A stretch of DNA of 63,922 nt, filler included, from Vezdaea acicularis (GCA_026025075.1; 4 parts of 4 records of this genome joined end to end with filler, not necessarily neighbours in it); one strand, 5' to 3'. Shown: positions 24,196 to 37,187, numbered from the whole stretch's first letter. Program-made: numbers and translations. The notes: generated from the letters alone by a model not told the origin.

Positions 24196-25010
24196 ATGAA
24201 ACTGATCATCGCCGGCGCAACTGGTTTCGTCGGCAAAGAAGTCGTCCGCCAATGCGCCGCCCACCCGGACGTCACCTCCGCCGTCGTGCTCTCCCGCCGC
24301 GCCCTCCCCGACCTCGAGACCTACGGCGACGCAGCCAAGAAGTTCGACGTGGTCATCGTAGAGGATTTCCTGAATTACTCCCCGCATGTCATCGAGAAGA
24401 TCGGGGATGCTGATGGCGCTATATGGTACCTCCCCCCACCCCTCTCTGTCCACTTCGCTAACTAACCCCCCCCCAAAGGTCCCTCGCAGAAAAAGCCCAC
24501 CCCTTCCACACCTCGCCCACATTCTACACCGTCAACGTAGACTACACCCTCCACGGCGCCACCCAAATGTCACTGCACTCCCACCCCCGCACAACCAACC
24601 ATCCCTTCCGCTTCGCCTTCTGCAGCGGCCTCGCCACCGAGCTAGACCAGAATAAACGGCTTCTCTGGGGCGACCAGATCCGCAAGGTGAAGGGCCGCGT
24701 CGAAGCCCCTATTTTCGAGATGTCCAACACTAAGGACAAGGATGGAGAGAGAGGGTTTAGCGCATATTCGCTGCGGCCTGGGGGCATTCTGTCGGGGAGG
24801 CCGGGCGTGTGGGAGAGGGTGATGGGTGGGTTACTCCCGTCGGTGGGGGTGGAGGAGGTGGCGGCTTGTTTGGTGGATGTGGCACTACACGGGAACGGGG
24901 GGAGGGAGGAGCGGGAGGGCGGCGTGGAGAGCGGGTTTCGTGGGCGGATATTGGAGAATGGGGAGTTGGCGAGGAGGGGGAAGGAGATTTTGGCTAGACA
25001 GAAGCGGTAG
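24196..25010 (+). CDS. NAD(P)-binding Rossmann-fold protein (atypical SDR/epimerase-like); 1 intron
   Basis: MKLIIAGATGFVGKEVVRQC (GxxGxxG). Intron about 24427-24478. Downstream exon has VNVDY, FRFAFCSG, KVKGRVE and LRPGG. Confidence 0.8.
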
Positions 25011-25098
25011 AGTGAGAGTTGTGTTTTTTGCTGCCAAGTTATCTCGTATCTGCTGTATTTACATGCACACCCACCCACCAAACCCCCTTTCCCCCTCC

Positions 25099-26079
25099 CT
25101 ACCCCCCCCTCCCTGTCCTTCTCTTAACACCCACCCTCCCCTCCCCAACCAACTTCCGCCACCGCACCCTCACATCCTCCCCCCCTCCTCCCTCCCTCCC
25201 CAGGGACCTTCCCAGGGACCGTCCCACATCCCCCCACTCCCTCGCACTAAGCCTCAACTTCTCCAGGACCAAACCCACTAACATCCCATCTTCATCCACG
25301 CTCCATTCTTCTTCTCCTTGCGCCTTTGCGTCCGCGGTTCGCGCCGGTGGGGTATACAGCCGCCGGGGAGGGGCTCGGGGGTTGGCGGATCGGGGTGTTA
25401 GTGCGAGCGGGGTTGTCGGGTTGGTCGGGTTTGTGGGGGCGTGGAGAGGGGGTGGGGAGGCGGATGGGAGGAAGCGCTGGCGTTTTAGTGTACGAGGCAT
25501 GTCTGTGTCCGGCTCGGAGTTCTCGCTGCTGTCGTGACTGTGACTGTGGCAGCGGCGCCGCTTGTTCAGCCCGCGCGGGAGGGGAGGGGAGAGGTGGATG
25601 GGACTTGATAATGCGGCTGTGGTGTGGCGGGAGAGGCGTCTTGCACTTGTGAGCGCGGCGGCGGCGGCGGCGGTGGTGGTGGTGGTGGATATTGTAGCGG
25701 TGGAGGAAAGGGGAGTGTGGCCGGAGGAGGGCGAGAGGAGGGATTGCAGAGCGCGGCAGGTGGTGAGGATGTTGCTCGGTCGCGGTAGGGGGGGTGTGAT
25801 GGTGATAGCGGTTGCGCGCGCTCGGGAAGCCGCCGCCCCAGTGGTGGTCGTTTTGGTCGTTCTTGTTCTTGTCCCCGTTCTTGTTCTTGCCGTTGATGAT
25901 GACAACGATAACGCTTTATCCAGCCCAACATCGCCCCCCACGCTCCTCACCTCTCCACTCACTTCCTCGGAATCAGAGTCAGAAGCAGGAGGCGAGACCA
26001 GCGCCGGAAAGACCGGTCGAGCGGCGCGCATACGACTGCGCGTTTGTGCTGCGCAGGGCAGCGCGGATGGGAGAAGCAT
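25099..26079 (-). CDS. Low-complexity protein with C-terminal Myb/SANT-like repeat
   Basis: MLLPSA start, basic NKRRR/LKRQR patches, and EWSVDEDGMLVGLVLEKLRLSAREWGDVGRSLG...VRVRWRKL with Myb-type W...W...W spacing. Confidence 0.65.
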   Translation of the reverse strand: MLLPSALPCAAQTRSRMRAARPVFPALVSPPASDSDSEEVSGEVRSVGGDVGLDKALSLSSSTARTRTGTRTRTTKTTTTGAAASRARATAITITPPLPRPSNILTTCRALQSLLSPSSGHTPLSSTATISTTTTTAAAAAALTSARRLSRHTTAALSSPIHLSPPLPRGLNKRRRCHSHSHDSSENSEPDTDMPRTLKRQRFLPSASPPPLHAPTNPTNPTTPLALTPRSANPRAPPRRLYTPPARTADAKAQGEEEWSVDEDGMLVGLVLEKLRLSAREWGDVGRSLGRSLGREGGGGEDVRVRWRKLVGEGRVGVKRRTGRGG

Positions 26080-28608
26080 TTCTTCTTGTCTTGTCTCCCC
26101 TTATAAGCTTTATATACCGAGGAATGCGTAAGGCGGGAGCCGAAGGCCGAGGGAGGAGAGAGAGGAGGCTGTTGCTCCGCTCTGCTCTGTGCAGCTTGCG
26201 CGCGTTATTGTTGTTGCTGGGGTCGTTGCGAAGGTTATGCGCAGCGTTGCGTTGCGAGCGTCGGTGAGGGAGGGTCGCGAGCGCAAACGAGAGAATACGC
26301 CGATAGCGTTTGCGCCGGCGCGAGGGAATGCGCAACGCACGCGAATTTCGGGGGGAGAGGCGTATAGGATGAGGCGCTGTGATGTTGCGCTTCTGATGCG
26401 GTAAGAGCGGAGGGAGATGAGTGGTGTTGCGTGCTGGTACGCTGTGCTCGAAGGGGAGGAGGTTAGGTATCGCGGTGCTGCGAAAGTGGAGAGAAGAGGA
26501 GGGAGCAGACGAGGGAAGAAGAAGAACAAGAAAGCAGCCTCGAGCGGGTGGGCGAAACGGCGGGCGCGGCGACGGAGGGACGGACAGGGGCCGTTCCAAT
26601 GGAGTGAGCAGATGACCTCAAGCGGCTTGCAGGGCGCGCAAGGGGGGAGGGGAGTCCGACCCGCTTTGCTTGCGTCTGCCCCGGCCGCTACACCCTCGCG
26701 CGGACCTCACACACTCGCACAGACAGATGCACACGCCCCCGTCGAGGAGTGAATCCGGGGAGAAGCTGGAATTTGAGGTTCGTGCGCCTACCACACACCA
26801 CACCTTGTCCCGTCGCGCTTTTGCGACGCTTGGAGCAACGAGGTATCCCCTTCTAAACCTCGTCCTACGCAGTCTCGGGGGGGGGGATCCTCGTTGATGC
26901 TGTACTCAAGTCGCGCAAGTCTTTGCGCTCATCCCCCTTCGTTCTCCCCTCCCACCCTCTCTGCTTCGCGATCGCCGGTTCTCTCTCCCCTCCCGTCTCT
27001 TTGCGCCAGGGAATCAAAGAGGGTCTGTGACATGGGATATGGTCTCCCGATCACGCTTCAGTGGGTAGGAGACGCCAGAGGTGACGGTGTCGTTCTAGCG
27101 TCAGGGCGACTGACATCTAGGTTGTGATGGTCTCTCTCGCTGCTGGTGCTGTGACAGGACGGGACGGATGGAGTCAGGGTTATGGAGGTACCCAGTTCGA
27201 TGGACGAGACTTTCATTGGTGGACAATTGCACGGGGGATGAGACGGTGAGAGAGAGTCGAGGACAAGATAAGACACGACAAGAGTGACAAGACGAGACAA
27301 GCGTTGGGAGGACAGGGGAGTAAAGGGAAGGTGTCAACCCTCCCCGGACCTGACTCCATGCCCTCCCCCTCAATCCGATTCGATTCGCGTACTACGTAGT
27401 ACCACTCTCCATCCACCCCCCCAATCTTCTCCCGAAGCGGACGGGGTTCGGTCATGGATGAAGGATTGGTGTGATGAGGGGAGGGAATGACGTTCTATAT
27501 CTCGATCTAGCGCCGCTCTCGAAGGGAGGGGGGACGGGGGAGAGAGAGGCGTACAGAGGGGGGTACAGGGGGGGTATACGAGATGTTGTACGAGTACATT
27601 GATACGATAACAGGTACGACTCTCTCTGTGTACGTGTCTGTGAGAGTGTACCTCATAATCCTCACACCCAATCCTATCTCTCCTTTCCTATCCTCCCCTC
27701 TCACTTCCCGTAGCTGAACCACCGCTTCTCCACTTCTCCACCTCCCCCTCTCTCCCCCCTCCCCGCCTCCCACATACCAAGAAGCCCCCGCACAACACCA
27801 GCAGAAACACCTAGTCCAGCCCCGTCCTATCCATCCATCCATCTACTCATCGCTCCATCACCGCTCTACCCATCCATCCACAACAGCAACGCGGGAGAAG
27901 AGAGGAAAGGAGTGGAAGTGGGGAAAAAACGAGAGAAATCAAGCGCGTCATCTCGACGCGTCTTCGCATACACACATACACGCGCGCGTGCGCGAGGGCG
28001 CGTCAATCTCGCGTATCCATCCCGCGGCTCGCGTTCAGCTCTAACTTACACCTACGCTGGCCTAAGCCCGTAAGCGAGACATCCCATCCATCTAGGCCAA
28101 TTCGAGACTAGATGCCGTGATGCATTCACCTGGGGCCAAAGACCTGCAACCCAACCTTGGGCTTCTCCAGTAACTCGGACGTAGCGCGGGGGTAAATCTC
28201 GCGGGCGGGTGGAAAGAAAGGCGAGGAGGGGGGGGGAGGGGGGAAGATGGATCAAGTGTGGTTAGTATCCCGCTCTTTTCTATTTCAACAGAAAGATGCG
28301 CGAAGGGCGAGGAGAGTCGGGGAAAACGCGGGAGAGGAGCGAATCGGAGCATTTTTGCTTTTGGATTTAGAGGGTTATGAGGGAGATATTATGTAGAGGT
28401 TTCCTCCGTTTCCCCCCTCCTCCTGCTCCTACTGCTCCTGCTGCTCGCTAGAGCCAAGACCCCCTGAGAACCGAAAAAGGGGGGAATATATGTACAAGAA
28501 AAATGATGGCGGCCCCTTTCACAGGAGACATCCACAGCTGCCCACAACCCCTCTTTTCCCCTTTTCCACCCGCACTTTTCCATATACACCTTCCTCAAAA
28601 AGAAGCCC

Positions 28609-30678
28609 CTAGACGACAGCACTACTTGTCGTCGCGGCTGCCGTCGAACTCGCGCTCGCACTGGCACTCCCTCCCGAACTCGCCGCCGGCGCCAACGTGC
28701 TCGCCGGCTCCGTATGTGTCGCCGAAGCATCCCCAGAACTCGAATAATTCGCCGTCAAATCCGAGCCATCGGCAACGACCTTGCCCTCAATGACACGCTG
28801 AAACATCGCCAGCGAGGCCGCGGGCTGATAATACGGGACCTCATGGCCGGCCTCATAGACCCTCAAGAAGCTGAAATTGCCGTGTTGGCGGACCTCGCCG
28901 TACTCAATGCCGTTGACTAAAAAGGGAGTGTACCCCGACGCGCGAAAGGCGGCGGCGTCGGTGTAGTTGACGGCGAGGGAGACGGCCTCGCCGCCGAACC
29001 AGTTGCAGATGTAGTCGGCGTCGCCGTAGTAGAGCTGGACGCGGACGCCGCGGCTGAGCAGGTCTTCGAGATCCAGCAAAAAGTCGTTGTAGATGAAGTC
29101 GCCCGTCTGCTGGAAGGCGTAGTAGATCTCCGTATTACTAAAAGCGGTGTAGTTCAGGTCGACGCCGAGCGCGTTCTGCACCGCGGCCGTGTTGAGGTAG
29201 TCGACAAAGTAGGAGGGCGGCGTCGGGTCTTTGGCCGGGTGTCGGATGTCGTATACCCCGCGGCCCGACATGGTCTCGTAGATGCCCTCGACGTTGTCGC
29301 GGCACATGTTGGCCGCCTCCGTGCAGATGGCCTGTTCCGTCAGGGTGCTGTGGTTCGTCGACAGGCAGAAATCCATCTGGTCCATGCATCCGCCCTTCAT
29401 GTTCAGTGCGAACTTGGCATAGTTGTACTCCGTGTCGTTGAGCGCCTTGATGCCGTACGTGTTGAAGTTGGCGAATTCGGGGTAGTACGGCACCTGAACC
29501 TTCTCGCTGATGATGGCGTTGCCAAGGCCGAGCGTCGCCATGTTGAGCGGGATACCAGAAGCAGAGCCGTTGCGGATTGCAGCGGACTGCTCGTAGAAGT
29601 AGTCATAGAAGCTGGGGCCATAATGTCCGCCGTACGATTCGGTCCACAGATGGAACGCCTTTTCGTCGTAGCTCTGGAGCTGGGGGAAACTGAGCAGGCC
29701 TTGCGCGACTTCCCACGCGGCGATGGCGGCTAGCTCGGTGGTGTCAATCTTGCTGAAGTTGATCGTGGGGTATCCTAATCACGAAAAGATTTAGCCATGC
29801 AGATACTTCGGATGTTTGGGGCAGCACTCACGCCCGTCGACACCTCCAATCGAGCCATCCTGGAAAACACCCGTGATCTCGTTGATGGACCCCTCGCCCT
29901 CGCCCGCATACGAGAAACCCGTGCCAACCGGCTGCGAGATGAAGAGCAAATTGGATACATTATTCCACGAATACGGGTTGATCGCCGAGACGATGTCGGC
30001 CGTGACATTGCAAGGACCAAGTTCTGCCACCCAAGATTTAACGTTAGCCGAGGCGGGTTCGTGTCAACCTTGTGGGTTTGTGGAATTTACCCTGGAACAA
30101 GCCGATGAGGGAGTCGGATCCTGGTCCACCGTTGACTGCAGGACCGAGAACGTCAGTACTGGTTGCATTCGACTTTTTTTTTATTTTTCATGTTTGGCGA
30201 TCAGCACTTACGCCATAGAGTGAGATCATCTTTCGCTGGGTCGCGCCTCGATTCGAAGAACCAGAAGACTTCGTCATGTTAGTAACTGACACCTTGCTGG
30301 GGGAGCCATCTTCGAGGCGTACATGTGTGAACATCCGGCGCTAGATCAACGTAGCTGGACAAAAAGTCAGAAGGCCGTCTAGCAAAAGGGCAACAACGAC
30401 CGAACTCACCCCGAGTACGAATTGACACCCGGTGTCGTCTCGCAGACGCCCGATTTGCCAGGCTCGCTGTACCTGATGGTGACGTTGTTCGGCGACACGA
30501 TCGTCTTGACGCCCGTAGGCTCGGCCGGCAGTTGTCTCTTGCCATACTCGAGATTCCTCGAATTCAGGACATGATCCAAGACTCTGGGGTCAACCACTGC
30601 AGCACTTGCACCAGCGCTAAAGGCCGTAAGAGCAGCGGCGGCTGCCAGTGAAGCAGTCCGCACGATATGTGATAACAT
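28609..30678 (-). CDS. Secreted serine carboxypeptidase (S10, carboxypeptidase S1-like), multi-intron
   Basis: Signal peptide; CETTPGVNSYSG|YVDL, FFWFFESR, WLNGGPGSDS and SQPVGTGFSY. Catalytic triad motifs TESYGGHY, GDADYICNW and EAGHEVPYYQP. Ser/Ala/Thr-rich tail. Confidence 0.93.
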
Positions 30679-31334
30679 AGTGAAGACTAAGAATGGGGCG
30701 TCCGAGGAATGTGAGCGCAAGACCTACGGTTCTAATATCTGGGGATCCCCCATCTTTAAGAGGAGTTCAAAGCAGTCCACGCGGAGCCACGGCTCCTTGG
30801 CAAACTTAGGAAGCTGCATTCCATAGCCTCGGGGGGGTCTTCCCGGACAAGAACCTCGGACCAGGATCGATCATCTCCACCGCGGTGAAGAATGAAGGGT
30901 GACGGCCGTCGAAGCGCCGATCCCGATTGGGTTACGGGGCAGGGAAGCCCCTTCACCAGGCAGAGCTTGCTGGGCGGTTTTTTGTCCATGGCGAAGTTAA
31001 GCATACACCACACGTGGTGGACGGGGAAAGTGATCCTGCGATTGTTGCGCACGGGAGACTATGGCCCATGAGGAAGGTTCTCACGGCGGTTGCACCGCTG
31101 ATCGCTACTCTTCCGTTCCGTGTGCGCCGAGGTGGTGATGTCTCAGGTGTGGGTGTTTGCAGCACGACTCCGCCATTGAGGGAGGCCGGTCCGCCACGGC
31201 CACCCCACTCTCCCGCCGCAGAGTGCGTGGGGAGTAGAGATGGTTTAGAGATGGGAATTACAAGTCCTCTGCATCTCTCTATCAGTGCGCGCCGAATGTG
31301 TCCGTCCTCGCGACATTGTCCTCCATGATCGAGG

Positions 31335-31336
<2 letters not shown>

Positions 31337-31368
<32 letters not shown>
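31337..31368. repeat. (GCA)n microsatellite
   Basis: About 10 perfect GCA units in intergenic DNA. Confidence 0.85.
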
Positions 31369-32989
31369 TAGACTCTCATCCTCGTGCCTCGTAGCAGCAG
31401 ACGCAGGAACGGGCGACAGCATGATGCCCAAGCAAGATCCCGTCCCCTCACGGACGCCGCATCGACACCGCGGGCGCCATCGCGCAGCCAAACCTCCAGA
31501 CAAGCAACGCCGGCTCATCGCGCGTGTCGTCAGCGGCAGAAGTGGTGGAGTGGTGGCGCCGCGACGGTTTGCGGGGAGCGGACGAGCTAGCGGGCGGAGG
31601 AGATCGTCCGCAGCGCCAAGGGCCGAGGAAGCACTTCCTCCAAGGCGAACTGCTCGGACGACACGACCCAAACCCGCAACCAACATCGAGTTAGTCAAGT
31701 AGTCGGCGAGACAATCTCATCCGCTTTAGTCATGTGTTAGCGGGTATCGTGACTCTCGGGCGCCGGCAAGTGCTCGGGTATCCCATCGAGAAAGGCGGTT
31801 GGATAAACTGTCTCCGAACACACTTCCCATACAACCGAGAAGGGGGGGAGGGGGCTTCGTCGGTTTTTGATAAGGGTCCTGGAAGAATCGCTGGGATACG
31901 AGCCTCCCCCTACCGCTACCCTGATATTGCAAGGACCACCTCGCCAACGCCAGGATCGCAGCGCAGCCAGAGCGTCTGCCCTTTTACCTGTCTTTGCACG
32001 GTTCTAGTCGGCGGTGAGTGAAGGATGGAAAGAAAGGGACGGGTTCCCCGTGCCGAGGCCTGGTCCGGATCCTGGTGACGCACGGAGCGCACGCATTGAC
32101 AGGTGAAGTCCGGGAGGGGCGCACCCTCCGTGCATACAGGGAGCCCTATTATCGAAGAAGAAGAAAAAAAGAACGAAGAAAAAGAAGGAGTGCACATCTA
32201 TCACCAACCGAACGCATCCATGACGTTTCGCCATGCCCCTCCGGACGCGATAAGTGAATCAACTTCCTCACAATCTTGCTTATCGCAGTCGACGCGAATA
32301 AGTGTCGCAAGCTTCCCTGCAGCTGCCTCGTTCGTCCTAGCCTCTCCTCAGCGCCCGCCGTTCGACCGAACATGAAGACCAAGTGGAAGAAAAGCCCGAT
32401 GGCAGATTTTCTTTCGCCGTGCGCAGATCAGATCCAAGATCCGATCCGATCACCGAATCTCCTTGCCCTCCACTCGCCAACAAAATCAACAACCGAGGGG
32501 CATGCCACCCTGCTGCTAAGGCTCGGCCCTGATATCGCCTCCCCCCGATGATCCCAGCGGGCAGGACAGACCAGGCGTTTCCCTGACCTCATCGGCTGCG
32601 GAACGGGGCCAACCTTTTCGAGTGCTGTACACGTACTATATTCCTTTCGCATCACGTGAGAGGGTACATTCGCCGGGAGAGGATAACCTCCTACCTCGTA
32701 TCCCCCATCCTTCCATGCAGCCGATCACGAGCGGTCTGCGGACTACTCATTTGAGGCGGGAAGGGCAACAATTACAACAGCATCCACGGCTCAACCCTCA
32801 TTACGCGACGACAGAGTCTTGCTTGCCCTGGGGTCCGACCCAAACGAGTGGAGTGAGCGTGGGCCGAACAAGGTTTTTCATCGCTTCACCCAAGATTGCG
32901 CGGCTCGTGTAGAGACTTTCATACCACATACGGGGTTCACAGCTACTCGTTACGCTGAGATGCATGGATAGAAAAAGAGGGGGACAAGG

Positions 32990-33089
32990 NNNNNNNNNNN
33001 NNNNNNNNNNNNNNNNNNNNNNNNNNNNNNNNNTTAATTAATTAANNNNNNNNNNNNNNNNNNNNNNNNNNNNNNNNNNNNNNNNNNNN
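32990..33089. other. Assembly spacer (44 N + TTAATTAATTAA + 44 N)
   Basis: Identical to the other two spacers. Confidence 0.97.
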
Positions 33090-33140
33090 ATCCGACATCA
33101 CATCCCTTCGGGGGCGCTGGTTCGAATCCAGCCGACGTCG
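33090..33140 (+). tRNA. 3' half of a long-variable-arm tRNA, probably tRNA-Ser; 5' half and anticodon lost in gap
   Basis: Variable arm CCC-TTC-GGG, T-arm GCTGG-TTCGAAT-CCAGC (B-box), acceptor strand CGACGTC plus discriminator G, then a T-run (Pol III terminator) at about 33149-33154. Confidence 0.8.
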
Positions 33141-34125
33141 AAATTTCCTTTTTTGGATCTTTCTCTTCATTTTAACTTTTTGTCTATCCGCTTTTCCCTG
33201 AGTCTTCTCTTGTAGCACCGGAATCAGCTTAGCTAGGTAGGGTAGAAGCTATATTGAGTTCTGATGTCCAGCGAAGGCGTGCTTAGCGCGCTTGCGGGGT
33301 AGACCGGCCTGGATAAGCCGATCTTACGGGACCGCATCTCACATTCTTACTGATCTGATAGCGAGAGTCACCAGACACCCTTTATTCCGGCCTCTGACCT
33401 ACCCGTTTGGAGGCCACACGCTTCGCCATGGAGCTACCGTACGGAACGCATTACATCTGGTTCGAGCGAGACCACGAGAACACCCGCCAACCCCACCCTC
33501 CTTCAGCGGTCTATCTAAGACGCCATCGATGTCTTCTGACGATCTTCAGTTCAAGGCCATGCACTCAGGGTAGGACCGAGCGCATTTCACCACGCGGGGG
33601 GCGAGTACGAGGGCCATCCCACGGTAATTCGCATTCACGTGGGTTATATGGCTCCGTGATTGGCCGGCGCCCCCGGTTTTCGATGCTGCGGCTGCGACTT
33701 TCTTACGGGAGCACCGTGCTCGCGTGCTATACGAAGGGCCTTCCAGCTTGGGCCCCCTAAGACATGCATGTTGATCGTCGAAGTTGCTCTTAAAGCTCGT
33801 CGTCCCCGGATTCTTGGTTCATCACCTTCCTTGAGTCGAAATATCGTCGCAGAGTGCCTGGGACCCTGATCTGCGAAAGGGCTGCTTCAAGGGTGTCCGG
33901 GATTAGCCCGTTCCTGCGTCATCGCCAGCAGAGAAGCCCGGGGAAGCCCCTGGCAGCCTCTGATCAGCTCGTCGCAATCTCACCCAAAAAATACGACGCG
34001 CGTTCTTACAGAATAACAGCAGAAGATGTTGCGCAGCTGACCGTGGAACTCAGTGCTTCACTGTTTCTCTTTTGGCCCTTTAGGAATGTAATAATCTGAT
34101 TACTCCGAAAGAAGTCGCCTGCAGC

Positions 34126-36406
34126 ATGCGGTGCTTGGCAGTGTCACTGCTTGCTGTAACAGCCGTGTTATCGCGGGCTGACCCGCTGGCCCCTGCACAT
34201 CAAACCTTGATTGCAGCGACCACTCAAGAAGTCGCCGATGATACAAAAAGGGTGTTTGCCGAGCGGAAACTCCATGGAAAGTTTCTGCATATCACCGGTT
34301 CGTACCTTCAATACCCTGTCGCTGCACAATTGGCGGTCATGCCGATGCCAAGACAAATTTCTAGACATGTGCTGATTCCTTCTACGATTAGATCTCCACC
34401 CGGATCCTTTCTACAAGGTATATGCCTCGACGGCAGAAGACGATGCATGTCATCGTGGTTCTGGACCTGCAGGAGCATATGGGGCTGAGACTAGCGATTG
34501 CGACTCCCCCCTTGCTCTGATCAATGCGACTTTCGACTGGATAGACGAAAACCTCAAAGATTCCATAGACTTCGTGATCTGGACGGGTGACTCTGCACGC
34601 CATGATAATGACGAGCGGATACCTCGAACGGTGGACCAGGTGCTCGGCGAGAACAAGCTTATGGTACAGAAGTTCAAGGAGGTCTGGGGTCAAGGGGATG
34701 GGCAGCACGAAACGGCGATACCAGTCATCCCAACGTTTGGCAACAATGATATCTTGCCACACAATATCATGACGGCAGGACCCAATATCTTTACCACAAA
34801 GTATCTTCATATCTGGAAGAGTTTTATTCCAGAAGAGCAGCGCCATGGTTTCCAGCGTGGCGGATGGTTCTTCGTGGAGGTCATTCCCAACCAGCTTGCA
34901 GTCTTCAGCTTAAATACCATGTAAGCCAGCCGGTAATTCTAAGTGTTTATTTGTCTTGCTAATAATAGTGCAAGGTATTTCTTTGATAACAATGCGGCCG
35001 TTGACGGCTGCAACAGCAAGAATGAGCCAGGATATGAGCACATGGAATGGCTCCGGATCCAGCTGCAATTCATCCGTGAGCGTGGAATGAAGGCCATTAT
35101 GATGGGGCATGTCCCACCGGCGAGGACTGCGAATAAGATAAGCTGGGACGAGACGTGCTGGCAGAAATATGCTCTTTGGATGCACCAGTATCGAGATGTG
35201 GTAATCGGATCAATATACGGCCACATGAACATCGACCACTTCCTCTTGCAAGATGCAAAAGACATTGATGTCGTGACGCAAGGGACTAATGAGTCGAGCG
35301 TCAATGTGACTGTTCGAATGTCCTTTGACGGGGAGGATGTATCAGTCAAATCGGCTAGCGAATACCTGACTGATCTTCGAGATGAATGGTCTGACTTGCC
35401 TGAGCCACCGGTACCAGGGCTCCTAGATGACCATGTAGGATTAGACGGTGAATCTCCGACATTTGGCTGGCTTGATGGCGTATTCCAAGGATCCAAGAAG
35501 AAAAAGAAGCACGATAAGGAGTGGAAAGAGAAGCAATTCTACAAAAAGATTGGCGGGAAATGGGCTGAGCGGTTCTCAACTTCCCTCATCAGTGCGAGCG
35601 TTGTCCCGAATTACTTTCCTACATTAAGAGTGATCGAATACAACCTCACAGGCTTGGATGCATCTTCAACCCCTCCTCGTATCGCTACTCCTCCGTCTTA
35701 CAACCATGAGCTCATGCAGCATGTGTTGGGAATCAATCGCCGCAATCATCTGAACGCGGAAACAAAGAAGGAGGGGGAGAAGCTCAAAAAGCCAAACTTC
35801 ATCGTGCCGAAACCACCTTCCAAAACATCTCCACCAGGGCCTGGCTATTCACCACAGACGCTTTCTTGGCTAGGGTATACTCAATACTACGCTAACCTCA
35901 CCTACATCAACAATGACCTTGCTCCCGGAAGATTCAGCACAGATGATATGATTACCGATCAGAAGTGGCATGATGGAAAACACCGCGGCAAGAAACCGAA
36001 AGAAAAGCATCCGAAACCGCAGCCAAGGTCCTTTGAGTTTATTGAGGAATACAACACCTTCAATGACACCGTCTGGAAGCTTAAAGACCTGACTGTCCGA
36101 AGCTACCTGAAACTCGCCATAAGGATCGGGTCTTACAAGCCGACCAAAGAAGACCGCATTACAACCCTAGGTGACGAACTTTCCGGCCTAGAAGCCCACA
36201 ACCGCGAATTTGGATGGGACGGCGAAGATGAATCAGCCATCGATATCGAAAAACATAAGAACAAGAAAAAGAAACACAAAAAGAAGAAGAAGAAGAAGCA
36301 TCGGCACGCCGTCAACAAAGTGTGGTTCTCATTTGTGAAGCGCGCCTTTGTGGGCACGATAGATGACGACGAGTTGCATGAGGAGTTTGGGCAGGTCATT
36401 GATTAG
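34126..36406 (+). CDS. PPN1: Endopolyphosphatase (calcineurin-like metallophosphoesterase); 2 introns
   Basis: N-terminal hydrophobic segment. GKFLHIT|DLHPDPFY, CDSP, WTGDSARHDND, GNNDILPHN, MGHVPP, YGHMNIDHF, SVVPNYFPTLRVIEYN and LGYTQYYANL. Confidence 0.93.
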
Positions 36407-36785
36407 GGCATAGCGATGGTCTGAAATTCATTTCTCGGAAAGGTGGCTAGAAGATTCTACATTGGCGTTTTGAGGTACGTGGATAGGCGGGGGAGTGGGT
36501 GGAGTGGGTTTGGTGAATCAAGGGGTTCGGTTCCTTTGGCGGGCATTCGGCATTCTTTGTCAGCTGAACGACATTTTGTCATTCACTGTGCTTTGGCAAC
36601 ACTTCACTGCTCTCGCGGAAGTGTGGAAGTTTCGTGTGAACCTCGTTGACGTGTCCCAGCCCATTCACCCTAGGCCTTGGATCTCTGTATAAAACGCCAT
36701 TCTCCAACATCCTCCTTGCTGCCTCGCAAATACCACAACCAGCACAAATCCCATCACCACACATCTCAAACTCCAAGTACCCAAC

Positions 36786-37187
36786 ATGGACCCACAGGAG
36801 CTAGACGCCCAAGCAACCACACCCCAGGCCATCGCACCGGCGACACTCCACACTCAAGCCACCCCCCTTCAACAGCCCACTCCTCCCCAAACCATCCCCC
36901 ACACCTCACCACCCATCCAGCCCATCCCCCCACCACCCCGCGCACATCTCCACCCGCGCCGCCGGCCCCACTGGAGCAACACGATGGACCGCGCATTGAT
37001 CGACTATTCGTCCATCTTCACGAGCCCGGAGGAGGTCGCGGAGAGGATCGGTTGGATCTTCGAGGTGCGGCTTACGTCGATGGATGTTTGGCGGCGATAT
37101 CTAGTCTTGCAGGGCTGGAGCGAGAGGGGGGGGAGACGTGTCAGGGATGAGGGGGAGAGGGGGCGGAGTTTGGAGAGGGTGGACTAA
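36786..37187 (+). CDS. Small hypothetical protein (133 aa), possible Myb/HTH-like C-terminal half
   Basis: ATG in CAAC-ATG-G context, Pro/Gln/Thr-rich N-half, then HWSNTMDRALIDY...EEVAERIG...RLTSMDVWRRYLVL. Confidence 0.5.
   Translation: MDPQELDAQATTPQAIAPATLHTQATPLQQPTPPQTIPHTSPPIQPIPPPPRAHLHPRRRPHWSNTMDRALIDYSSIFTSPEEVAERIGWIFEVRLTSMDVWRRYLVLQGWSERGGRRVRDEGERGRSLERVD

Noticed and set aside
30750..32989. Arg/Ala-rich ORFs upstream of the carboxypeptidase
   Set aside because: They arise from GC-rich sequence and a GCA microsatellite, with no family motifs.
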